This document shows positions 8,404 to 16,839 of a DNA stretch of 64,000 bases, piece after piece. Where the stretch lies: assembly GCA_963706025.1 (NCBI GenBank), contig CAVPLM010000006.1, positions 1 to 64,000 of the forward strand, in the 5' to 3' direction. Both the position numbers and the translations under genes were made by a program. Under the pieces are notes generated by a model. That model was not told the DNA's origin. It saw only the letters and a program-made list of their open reading frames with translations, and searched no databases. Source of the stretch: an uncultured Actinomycetes bacterium (GTDB lineage Bacteria; Actinomycetota; Thermoleophilia; RBG-16-64-13). Each line of letters opens with the position of its first letter. Position 1 is the first letter of the stretch.

Positions 8404-10647
8404 ATGAAGAAGTTCAGTCTTGAGTCCATCGCCCGGGCGTGCGCCCGTCATCCCTGGAGGACGCTGAGCGCTTGGGCCGTGTTGCTTGTCTGTGCCGCGG
8501 CGGTGACCGTCCTGTACCTGGGCGGCGCGCTCAGCAACCAGCAGCACTTCACCAACGACCCCGAGTCCTCGCGGGCTACCGCCCTCATCAATGACAAGTT
8601 CCCCGGCAACGACCAGTCGCGAGAGCTGGTCATCGTCCGGTCGCCCGGGTTCAGCGTCGACGAGCCCCAGTTCCGCGAGCAGGTGCAGGCGGTGACATCC
8701 CGGGTGCTGGCCCTCGGTCCGAACGTGGTGCAGTCCGGCATCGACTACACCACCGATCCCTCCCCGGTACTCATCTCCTCCGACCGGCACGCCACCCTCC
8801 TGGTCTTCAGCATGGCTCAGTCGGCCGGCGCCGCGACGGACGACGCCGTAGCGCTCGAAACCGCCGCCCGCGACACGGCGTCCTCGGACTTCGAGGTGCT
8901 CGTCACAGGCGAGGCAAGCATCAACAGCGACTTCGGCGCTACCGCTGAGAGCGACCTCCGCAAAGGCGAGATGTTCGGCGTGGGGATAGCGCTCGTCATC
9001 CTGGTCCTGGTCTTCGGGGCCATCGTCACCGCTGCCATCCCTCTGATCATGGCACTCGCCTCCATCCTCCTCGCCATGGGTATCACCGCCATGATCGGCC
9101 AGGTGACCGATCTATCGTTCTTCATCACCAATATGATCACCATGATCGGCCTCGCGATGGGAATCGACTACTCGCTGTTCGTGGTCTCCCGGTACAGGGA
9201 GGAGAGGGCCACCGGACGGGACAAGGTCGATGCGATCGGCCGGTCGGCCTCCACGGCCACCCGCTCTGTGCTGTTCAGCGCCCTGGCCGTTATCCTGGCC
9301 CTAGGCGGCCTGTTCCTGGTCCCGTCGACCCTCTTCCAAAGCATGGCCCTGGGCGCCATCGTCGCCGTCTTCACCGCCCTGCTGGCTGCGCTCACCCTGC
9401 TCCCGGCTCTTCTGGGTGCAATGGGCGACCGGGCGAACGCTCTCCGGGTGCCCTTCCTGCACAAGACCGGGGCCACCGGCCGTCCGGGTGGCTTCTGGGA
9501 TCGCGTCAGCAATGGCGTCATGCGCCGGCCGGTGATGAGCCTCATCGTCGCGGGCGGGATGCTCGCGCTGCTGGCCTCGCTGTACTTCTCCATCGATCTG
9601 GGCTCGGCCGGGGTTGAGACCTTGCCCGCCTCCATGGCGTCCCGCCAAGGCTTCGAAGTCCTGCAGAACGGATTCCCCGGCGCCTCGATCCAGCCGGTCG
9701 AAGTGACCATCGCTGCCGGCCCCGAGTCTCCGGCCGTCACCAAGGGCATGGAGAACCTGCGCGCCGCGCTGGCCGGCGACCCGGCGTTCGTAGGCCCCGG
9801 CACGACGCGGACGAGCCCCGACGGCCAACTCACCGTGCTCTCCCTGGTCGTCACGGGCGAGCCGAACGGCGGGGGGGCGCAGGCGGCCGTCAGGACCCTG
9901 CGCTCCGAGTACCTGCCCGCGGCCTTCACCGGCACCGGGCTGGTCGCTGGGACTGACGTCCTCACCACCGGCCAGACCTCCCTCACCATCGACTACCTCG
10001 ACACCATCAACGGAGCCACCGGCTGGGTCTTCCTGTTCATCCTCGGCCTGTCGTTCGTGCTCCTGCTGGTCGTGTTCCGCTCGATCTTGGTGCCGCTCAA
10101 AGCCATCCTCATGAACTTGCTCTCCGTGGGGGCCGCCTACGGCCTCATGGTGGCGGTGTTCCAGAAGGGATGGGGAGCGGACCTTCTTGGACTCCAAAGG
10201 GTGGATTTCGTCGAAGCCTGGGTGCCCCTCTTTCTGTTCGCGATACTGTTCGGCACCTCCATGGACTACCACGTGTTCCTGCTTAGCCGGATCCGCGAGC
10301 GCTTCGACCAGACCGGCGACAACCGGGAGGCGGTGGCGTTCGGCCTGCGGCGGACGGGCGGGATCATCACCGGGGCGGCTCTCATCATGGTGGCGGTGTT
10401 CGGCGGGTTCGCAGCCGGCGACTTGGTGATGTTCCAGCAACTGGGCTTCGGACTGGCGGTTGCCGTGTTCCTCGATGCCACCGTCGTCCGCTGCGTGCTG
10501 GTGCCGGCTGCCATGCGCCTGCTGGGGACCGCCAACTGGTGGTTCCCGCGGTGGCTGAGCTGGCTGCCCGACCTGCGGGTGGAGGCGGGCGAGCCGGCAG
10601 GCCGGGGCACGTCGACCGGTGCCGGCCAAGGCGCGGACGTGCGGTGA
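8404..10647 (+). CDS. MMPL (RND-superfamily) transporter
   Basis: GLAMGIDYSLFVVSRYREE; FGTSMDYHVFLLSRIRE; ITGAALIMVAVF; ANWWFPRWL. Confidence 0.95.
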   Translation: MKKFSLESIARACARHPWRTLSAWAVLLVCAAAVTVLYLGGALSNQQHFTNDPESSRATALINDKFPGNDQSRELVIVRSPGFSVDEPQFREQVQAVTSRVLALGPNVVQSGIDYTTDPSPVLISSDRHATLLVFSMAQSAGAATDDAVALETAARDTASSDFEVLVTGEASINSDFGATAESDLRKGEMFGVGIALVILVLVFGAIVTAAIPLIMALASILLAMGITAMIGQVTDLSFFITNMITMIGLAMGIDYSLFVVSRYREERATGRDKVDAIGRSASTATRSVLFSALAVILALGGLFLVPSTLFQSMALGAIVAVFTALLAALTLLPALLGAMGDRANALRVPFLHKTGATGRPGGFWDRVSNGVMRRPVMSLIVAGGMLALLASLYFSIDLGSAGVETLPASMASRQGFEVLQNGFPGASIQPVEVTIAAGPESPAVTKGMENLRAALAGDPAFVGPGTTRTSPDGQLTVLSLVVTGEPNGGGAQAAVRTLRSEYLPAAFTGTGLVAGTDVLTTGQTSLTIDYLDTINGATGWVFLFILGLSFVLLLVVFRSILVPLKAILMNLLSVGAAYGLMVAVFQKGWGADLLGLQRVDFVEAWVPLFLFAILFGTSMDYHVFLLSRIRERFDQTGDNREAVAFGLRRTGGIITGAALIMVAVFGGFAAGDLVMFQQLGFGLAVAVFLDATVVRCVLVPAAMRLLGTANWWFPRWLSWLPDLRVEAGEPAGRGTSTGAGQGADVR

Positions 10648-10786
10648 GGGAGCGGGCGCGGGCAGAACCGCCGCCCCCCGGCCGGCAGCCGCCCCGGCGC
10701 TGATGGCAGCTACCGCCCCGGCCGTCCTGGCGCTGATCCCGGCGACCGATACCGAGTAGGCGACCGGCCACATTGCAGCAAGCGTG

Positions 10787-10818
10787 ACGGGCCTCCTCGA
10801 AGGAGGGGGCCCGTTTTT
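10787..10818 (+). terminator. Rho-independent terminator
   Basis: ACGGGCCTCCTC-GAAG-GAGGGGGCCCGT 12-bp stem followed by TTTT. Confidence 0.8.
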
Positions 10819-10994
10819 CGTGGGGAAGACTGCCGTGCTGCTGGATCGGCCGCTAGACCCCCGTGCCGTCTCGGATCCGACGCCCAAGTGCGCGGGTGCT
10901 CCCCGGCACACCTCTTAAGCGCGCGGCGACTGGACGGAGATGGCCACTCCCTGGTGTGAGCGCATCAGGCGACGTCTCTCCTCCCCTCTGCGCC

Positions 10995-11089
10995 AGCCGT
11001 ACCTCTCCTGCCCCCGGTTCCGGCTTCGGCACCTGCCGGATCTGAAGGACTTCCGGCGATCCGTAGCGTGTGTTGACGGCCGCTTTCAC
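10995..11089 (-). pseudogene. N-terminal fragment of an MDR oxidoreductase
   Basis: MKAAVNTRYGSPEVLQIRQVPKPEPGAGEV parallels the N-terminus of 7215..8186; similarity stops after about 30 codons (ORF runs on to 10853). Confidence 0.7.
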
Positions 11090-11188
11090 GGGCTCTATCC
11101 CAGAGAGGCTTTGGTACGGTCATTTCCAGGCCAGCTCACTGTACTATGTCCTTGTTCCGGGCATCGAAAGAAAGGGAGGCACGATCGC

Positions 11189-11581
11189 ATGGCAGAGGCC
11201 GAGCGTTCAGCCCGCGATCTCGTACTGGCTTTCTATGAGGCGGCTCTTAACGAGAAAGACGTCGAGAAGGCTGGAGAGTTCCTGGGTGATACCTATATCC
11301 AACATAATCCGGCGGTTGCTGACGGTCCCGAGGGGCTGCTACGCTTCGTGCGGTTTCGTCGGGAAAGATTCCCCCATTCACGCAACGAGGTCAAAATGGT
11401 CATCGCTGAAGGCGACCTGGTTGCGCTTCACGTCCACTCGGTGCTCGTACCTGGAACGCCGGGGCGCAATATCGTCGACATCTTCAGGGTCGACGGCGAT
11501 AAGGTCGTTGAGCATTGGGATACCATCCAGGACATCCCTGAGGCTCTCTTCCCCCCGCTGAACGACAACGGACTCTTCTGA
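11189..11581 (+). CDS. SnoaL/NTF2-like protein
   Basis: YIQHNP, IAEGDLVALH, VDIFRV...KVVEHWD; SD GGAGG. Confidence 0.92.
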   Translation: MAEAERSARDLVLAFYEAALNEKDVEKAGEFLGDTYIQHNPAVADGPEGLLRFVRFRRERFPHSRNEVKMVIAEGDLVALHVHSVLVPGTPGRNIVDIFRVDGDKVVEHWDTIQDIPEALFPPLNDNGLF

Positions 11582-11642
11582 TTCAGGTGGAAGCACTTCT
11601 CATTGAAGGGCTGCGGCTTTGAAACCAAATCAGCCGGCCAAA

Positions 11643-12731
11643 TCAGCCGGCCGTCAGAGTCAGCGATCGCCACATCACGCAGGGGCGGAGCTGCCAGCCC
11701 CAGGAAGTCTCGATCACGTCGGGGTTGCTGCAGATGGTGCAGTGGGCAGCTTCGCGAAGCATCTCCCGATAGCGGAGCTGTCGATAAAGCTCGGTGATCG
11801 GGATATCGGAGCGGCGATAATCGCGCACGTTGCCCAGGGGTACGTCCCGTCGCCGGCAATCTCGGAAGGAGCCGTCGGGAAGGACCGTGAGGACCGCATG
11901 GGGGAGGCGGCAACTGAAGCCCTGCAGCGCAGGATCGTCCTGCAGCAGCCGAAGATACTTGTTCGTCGCCTGCAAGGGATAGCCCGCCGCCTTGAGTTCT
12001 CGAGCAAGGCCCGCCGCCTGCCTTAGCTCGTCTTCGCTGAGTGCTAGGTCGCCATGCCTAACGACAAGACCTCCACTCTGCATCTGCCCGATCTCCATGG
12101 GGCAGAAATACAGGCCGGCACCCCAACGCTTCGCCACCGGGGCCACGCGGCGAAGTGCACCCCGGTTGAGGCGGGAAAGCACCGTGTTGACCAGCAGCCG
12201 CGGCCGGAGGGGGTCGTCGCGCAGGCCGAGCACGAACGAGTCTAGGCGGTTGAAAAGGCCGGGCAGCCCCCGCAGCCGGTCGTGGTCCTCGCCGACATCG
12301 TCGAGACTGAGCACGAGCGTCCTCACCAGACCGCGCAGCGTCGGCCAAAGGTCCGGAAGAAGCCAGCCGTTAGTCATCAGAGTGGTCGAGAGGCCGGCAG
12401 AAGAAGCTGAGCGCAGTACGTCGTCGATATCTTCACGCAGCAGGGGCTCGCCTCCCCAGAGAACCAGCTGGCAGATGCCTGCGTCGGCCGCCTGGCCATA
12501 CAGCCAGGCTATGTCTGCCGTCGTCAGCTCTTTCCCTGCGGCCCCTTTGTCCTCGCCCTCCGAGTAGCGCCATAAGCAGGTGGCGCAGCGGCCGTTGCAG
12601 CGAGCGGTCACGAGGTGGCTGAGAAAAAGCGGATGGTTCGAGACGCGACCTCGGATCATGTCATAGAGGACGCGCGCGTCCTCCCCCCGGCGCGCGGCAG
12701 GGCCCCATCGGAGATTTCGGCCACCATCCAT
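11643..12731 (-). CDS. Radical SAM protein with Cys-containing C-terminal extension (SPASM/twitch-like)
   Basis: CNGRCATC, GGEPLLR, MTNG, LSLDD; C-terminal SC...PDG...DC...CTIC; start uncertain (12662-12902). Confidence 0.88.
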   Translation of the reverse strand: MDGGRNLRWGPAARRGEDARVLYDMIRGRVSNHPLFLSHLVTARCNGRCATCLWRYSEGEDKGAAGKELTTADIAWLYGQAADAGICQLVLWGGEPLLREDIDDVLRSASSAGLSTTLMTNGWLLPDLWPTLRGLVRTLVLSLDDVGEDHDRLRGLPGLFNRLDSFVLGLRDDPLRPRLLVNTVLSRLNRGALRRVAPVAKRWGAGLYFCPMEIGQMQSGGLVVRHGDLALSEDELRQAAGLARELKAAGYPLQATNKYLRLLQDDPALQGFSCRLPHAVLTVLPDGSFRDCRRRDVPLGNVRDYRRSDIPITELYRQLRYREMLREAAHCTICSNPDVIETSWGWQLRPCVMWRSLTLTAG

Positions 12732-12934
12732 GCTTCTGCGTACCCCAAAGAGCGGCCGTATCAACCTCTCCGCCTCAACCCCGGAGCTTCCCAACCGGGT
12801 TGCCATCCGCCCTCTGGACTTTATCGCCCTGCCCGATGTAGCTGAAACCATGGCGCTTCCCAACACCGGGACCACAGAGACCTCTGGCGCCGCGGAGACC
12901 ACCGAGACAGCCCGTTAGCAGCCAGGAATCTCCC

Positions 12935-12962
12935 TTGACATCCGCCTTCAATGCCCTATTGT
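12935..12962 (+). promoter_or_regulatory. Putative sigma70-type promoter
   Basis: TTGACA-16 nt-TATTGT upstream of 13028. Confidence 0.4.
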
Positions 12963-13027
12963 GGAGGCAGGGCTTCACCCAGCCCACCCCCGTTGACGTG
13001 ACCTTGGAGCCTGCTGGGTAAAGGAAG

Positions 13028-13381
13028 ATGGAGGCGCGGTTCATACGGTTCGGCGAGATCGAGGTGAATGGCGTTCGCTACGACTACGACGTGGTGATCG
13101 ACGGCGGAAAGCTCCGCAAGAGGCAGAAGAAGCCTTCCAAGCCCTTCAGAGACCAGTTCGGGCACACGCCGCTATCGGCGGCGGAGGACATTCCCTGGGG
13201 AGGCTCACGTCTGATAGTGGGCGCGGGCGTGAACGGGAGTCTTCCGGTGATGCCTGAGGTGTACAGGGAGGCGGAGCGGCGCGGAGTCGAGATCGTTACC
13301 GTGCCTCTCGACAAAGCGCTCGAGTTGTTGGAAGCCGCCAAGGACGAGGATGCCTTCGCCGTCCTCCACGTCACCTGCTGA
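13028..13381 (+). CDS. Mth938-like domain protein
   Basis: FGEIEVNGVRYDYDVVI, GHTPLS, LIVGAG, C-terminal LHVTC. Confidence 0.85.
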   Translation: MEARFIRFGEIEVNGVRYDYDVVIDGGKLRKRQKKPSKPFRDQFGHTPLSAAEDIPWGGSRLIVGAGVNGSLPVMPEVYREAERRGVEIVTVPLDKALELLEAAKDEDAFAVLHVTC

Positions 13382-13576
13382 CGACCCTCGGCCCAGGGTA
13401 AGACGACCGGCGTCCGGCTACCTCGCTGGGATTCGACCCTGGCGGCTCAGAAGCACACCATCAAACTGCGCATTTGCCCTCAACAGCCAGGGTTCCTCCC
13501 CGAGCGGCTTGTCAAGGATTCCTCTCACCTCAGCGTGTCTGCTGTAGAAGTAGCACAATGGGGGTGGAACGAATCC

Positions 13577-14146
13577 ATGCGTGCGGATGACGAGATCCTC
13601 TCGCCAAGCGGGGGCGTGACCGCCTTGAGGGAACGGCCGAGGAAACGGGGCACAGTCCGCGAGCTCACGGGTTACGGTAGCCCGGACGAGGTCTTCGAGG
13701 ACCACTACGACCGCCTGGTGCAGGCACTCACGATCCTGGCCGGTGACCGCGAAGTGGCAGCCGACGCCGTTCAGGAGGCGTTCGCTCGTCTGGTGCGGAG
13801 CTGGGACTATCTGGCCCGCTACCAAGATCCGGCCGGCTGGGTGCGGCGCGTGGCTCTGAATCAGATCCGCGACAACCGCAGACTGTCGTTTAGGCAAGCC
13901 AGGTACCTTGCGCGATTCGGACAACAGGAGCCCACTACCGACGGACCGACCGCGGAAGATCCGGTCTTGTGGGCGAAGGTAAGAGCTCTCCCCCTCAAGC
14001 AACGCACTGCCGTCGCCTTGTACTTCGTAGGCGACTTGACCGCCCGGGAGGTTGCCCAGACCATGCGGGTCTCCGAAGGCACGGTCGACCAGCACCTGCA
14101 CCGGGCTCTGGAAACGCTTCGCGACAAACTGGAGGGACAGTGGTGA
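13577..14146 (+). CDS. ECF RNA polymerase sigma factor
   Basis: Region 2 ADAVQEAF...WVRRVALN; region 4 LPLKQRTAVAL...AREVAQTMRVSEGTVDQHLHRA. Confidence 0.93.
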   Translation: MRADDEILSPSGGVTALRERPRKRGTVRELTGYGSPDEVFEDHYDRLVQALTILAGDREVAADAVQEAFARLVRSWDYLARYQDPAGWVRRVALNQIRDNRRLSFRQARYLARFGQQEPTTDGPTAEDPVLWAKVRALPLKQRTAVALYFVGDLTAREVAQTMRVSEGTVDQHLHRALETLRDKLEGQW

Positions 14147-16581
14147 CCGACTACCCGCAACTTCGAGACAGTCTGAAGTCGCTGGCAGGACCGGTGGATC
14201 ACGACGCGGCGTGGGCGCAGATACGGCAACGGGCCGGGCGAAGGCGGCCGATGGTCAGCCTCTGGGATCGGACTAGATCACGATTGGCGGCTCTTTGGCC
14301 GGATCCGCGCTACTTGGACGAAGCCGCTGTCGCGGCTGAGGTCGAAGAGCGGTCTGGTGTCCTGAAACAAGCCTCCGCGCCCAGGCGGAGGAGCGGCTTG
14401 CGTATCGCGGTCCTTGCCTCTGTTGCCGTCGTCCTCGTGGCTGCCATAGCCGTCGGAAGCCTCCAGGCTGTCAAATACCTGGGCAAAGACCAACCCATCG
14501 TGGTGATCACCGACGACACCGTCGGAATCTCGCCGGGTTCGACCGGCCAGACCGCGCAGAGTCCGGGGGGGGTGCTCGCGACACTAGGTGCGGGGAATGA
14601 GGAGTGGGGGGCGGACAGCACGATGTGGGCGGTGAGGGCCGACGGTTCCCTCTGGGCCTGGGGGTATGACCCCTTTAGCCCCGACTCTTTCGCCCGCGTC
14701 GGCTCCGACACCGACTGGGTGGCCGCCGACGTGGACGGCTCGCAGTATCTGGCCTTGAAGTCCGACGGCTCCCTCTGGGCCTGGGGAGAAACGATCGGCG
14801 ATAACTGGACCGGGTTTACCAGCGTCTTCCGCTCTCCCGCTCGCGTCGGTTCCGACACCGGCTGGATGGCCGTAGCCACGGGCGCGGACCGACGGTTGGC
14901 CGTGAGCACCGACGGCTCGCTTTGGGTTTGGGACACGGAAGCGGGTTCTACCATCAACACCTCTCCCACCCGCCTCGGCTCCGACACCGATTGGGTGGCT
15001 GTGGCTGCCGGCGGAGGCTACTTTGTGGCCTTGAAGTCCGACGGCTCTCTCTGGGAATGGGGAGTGAGCTACTCGATCGACAGCAGCTCTCCCACCCGCG
15101 TCGGCTCCGACACCGACTGGGTGGCCATCTCCGCGGGCGGCTCACATTCGCTGGCCATGAAGTCCGACGGCTCCCTCTGGGAATGGGGAATGATAGCCGG
15201 CGCTCCGACTGCTGAGGGCACCACCTATCTCGACTCTCCCACCCGCGTCGGCTCCGACACCGACTGGGTGGCCATCTCCGCGGGCGACGCTCATTCGCTG
15301 GCTTTGAAGTCCGACGGGTCGCTCTGGGCCTGGGGAGACAACCTGTGGGGTCGACTGGGTGACGGTACCAGTACTACTCGCACCCTCCCCACCCTGGTCG
15401 GCTCCGACGCCGACTGGGTCGCTGTCGCGGCAGGTTACTCTCAGTCTCTGGCCCAGAAGGCCGACGGCTCCCTCTGGGCCTGGGGAGAGAACTTCGGGCG
15501 CGTTCCTCAGCAGGTCCTCGCCGCAGCGGAGACCACCGAAGAAGCAGGGGATTCGGCCTATACGTTCAACTGGCTGCAGAACTACCCCCGGCTTCTGGAC
15601 CCGGCCAACGATGTGATGATCATGAAGGTCACCTCGCCCTCGCCTTCCTACTGGCGGGCCAACGCGCTCGAAACCTTCACCGGCAACGCCTGGACTGCGG
15701 TCCAGGCCTTCCTTGAGCGCCTGGAGCCTACGCGGAGCGGGGACTCCTACGTCTACTCCGTACCGGAGGTGGCGCCCACACCTCCGGGGCTGACCGTCTC
15801 CCAGTCCTTCCAGGTGCAGTCGGTCTACACCAACTACCTCTTCGTGGGAGGCGACCCCCGGTCGTTCAGGATCGACCAGGATCTCGCTCTGCGTACCAAC
15901 GACGTGCGCGCCCTCCATTCGAACAAAGCCCTGGGGCCCACGCTCGCCTACCGAGTCACCGCCGTCATCCCCGATCTTAAGCCCACGGACGTGGTCGGCA
16001 AGGGAAGCGACTATCCCCAGGCTCTGGATCGCTACCTGGGCCTGCCCTTCCTCCCCGCCTCCCGGATCGAGGGCCCCGACCAGGAAGCCAGCTGGCGAAG
16101 CACCGTACCGGACAGCTTCCCCGGGGGTGGGGAGTGGGTGGACCTCTACGCCCTCAACCGGGAGATCATCGGCGAGGCCACCGACCCCTACGAGGTCACC
16201 CTGCGCATCGAGCGCTATCTGCGCAACTTCTTCGAGTACTCGCTCACCCCACCTTCCAGCGACTACTCCTCCCCCTACTCGGCTTTTCTGTTCGACACCC
16301 GCTCCGGCTACTGCCAGCATTTTGCCGGGGCCATGGCCCTGCTGCTTCGCTACAACGGCATCCCGGCTCGGGTGGCGGTGGGCTTCACGAGCGGTGAACT
16401 GGATGAGTCGAGCCCGGACACCTATACCGTGAGCACCAACAATGCCCATGCCTGGGTGGAGGTCTACTTCCCCCAGATCGGCTGGGTGGCCTTCGACCCC
16501 ACCCCCGGGCTGGAGCATACGATCCCCACTCCGGGAGCTTCCTCGACCAGCCCGGGCTTTGTGAATCCGTTTGGCGAGTAG
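14143..16581 (+). CDS. Putative anti-sigma membrane protein with RCC1-like repeats and C-terminal transglutaminase domain
   Basis: GTGA overlap with the sigma stop and SD GGAGG; one TM helix (IAVLASVAVVLVAAIAV); seven DGSLWxW repeats; catalytic motifs GYCQHFA, HAWVEVY, FDPTP. Confidence 0.88.
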   Translation: MTDYPQLRDSLKSLAGPVDHDAAWAQIRQRAGRRRPMVSLWDRTRSRLAALWPDPRYLDEAAVAAEVEERSGVLKQASAPRRRSGLRIAVLASVAVVLVAAIAVGSLQAVKYLGKDQPIVVITDDTVGISPGSTGQTAQSPGGVLATLGAGNEEWGADSTMWAVRADGSLWAWGYDPFSPDSFARVGSDTDWVAADVDGSQYLALKSDGSLWAWGETIGDNWTGFTSVFRSPARVGSDTGWMAVATGADRRLAVSTDGSLWVWDTEAGSTINTSPTRLGSDTDWVAVAAGGGYFVALKSDGSLWEWGVSYSIDSSSPTRVGSDTDWVAISAGGSHSLAMKSDGSLWEWGMIAGAPTAEGTTYLDSPTRVGSDTDWVAISAGDAHSLALKSDGSLWAWGDNLWGRLGDGTSTTRTLPTLVGSDADWVAVAAGYSQSLAQKADGSLWAWGENFGRVPQQVLAAAETTEEAGDSAYTFNWLQNYPRLLDPANDVMIMKVTSPSPSYWRANALETFTGNAWTAVQAFLERLEPTRSGDSYVYSVPEVAPTPPGLTVSQSFQVQSVYTNYLFVGGDPRSFRIDQDLALRTNDVRALHSNKALGPTLAYRVTAVIPDLKPTDVVGKGSDYPQALDRYLGLPFLPASRIEGPDQEASWRSTVPDSFPGGGEWVDLYALNREIIGEATDPYEVTLRIERYLRNFFEYSLTPPSSDYSSPYSAFLFDTRSGYCQHFAGAMALLLRYNGIPARVAVGFTSGELDESSPDTYTVSTNNAHAWVEVYFPQIGWVAFDPTPGLEHTIPTPGASSTSPGFVNPFGE
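14620..15490 (+). repeat. Coding tandem repeats (RCC1-like blades)
   Basis: GGCTCCGACACCGACTGGGTGGCC-like unit at 14701, 14848, 14977, 15103, 15250 and 15400 (period 126-150 bp). Confidence 0.9.
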
Positions 16582-16736
16582 TTCGTCGGAACTCCGTTCT
16601 TCACGCATGAAGTCACTCCAAAGGCCCCCGGCGCAGGCAAGGACGCATTCTGGCGTTCGAGTCGCGTAGCCGGGAAGGCTCGTAGCGGAACTGCGGGAAA
16701 GATGGGGGGAAACGTGGGGGCCTTCTAACTACCCGA

Positions 16737-16764
16737 TTGCCCCCAGCGGGCATCGGCCTACAAT
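16737..16764 (+). promoter_or_regulatory. Putative sigma70-type promoter
   Basis: TTGCCC-16 nt-TACAAT upstream of 16840. Confidence 0.35.
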
Positions 16765-16839
16765 GAAGCTACATGGGGAGCAAGGTAGCCTCCCTCTCGG
16801 CGGCGGTCTCCACCAGAAGGACGCGGCAAAGGAGCAGCC

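Noticed and set aside
10648-10770. Small Ala/Pro-rich ORF after the MMPL gene
   Set aside because: Low complexity with no good RBS; possibly a frameshifted MMPL tail
13376-13381. TGC-TGA ending as a Cys-Sec motif
   Set aside because: HxTC is the normal C-terminus of this family and no homologous continuation is evident
14620-15490. Repeat/spacer-like pattern as a CRISPR array or DGR
   Set aside because: Repeats are in-frame, degenerate, with a 126-150 bp period; no cas or reverse transcriptase genes; variation is not adenine-specific
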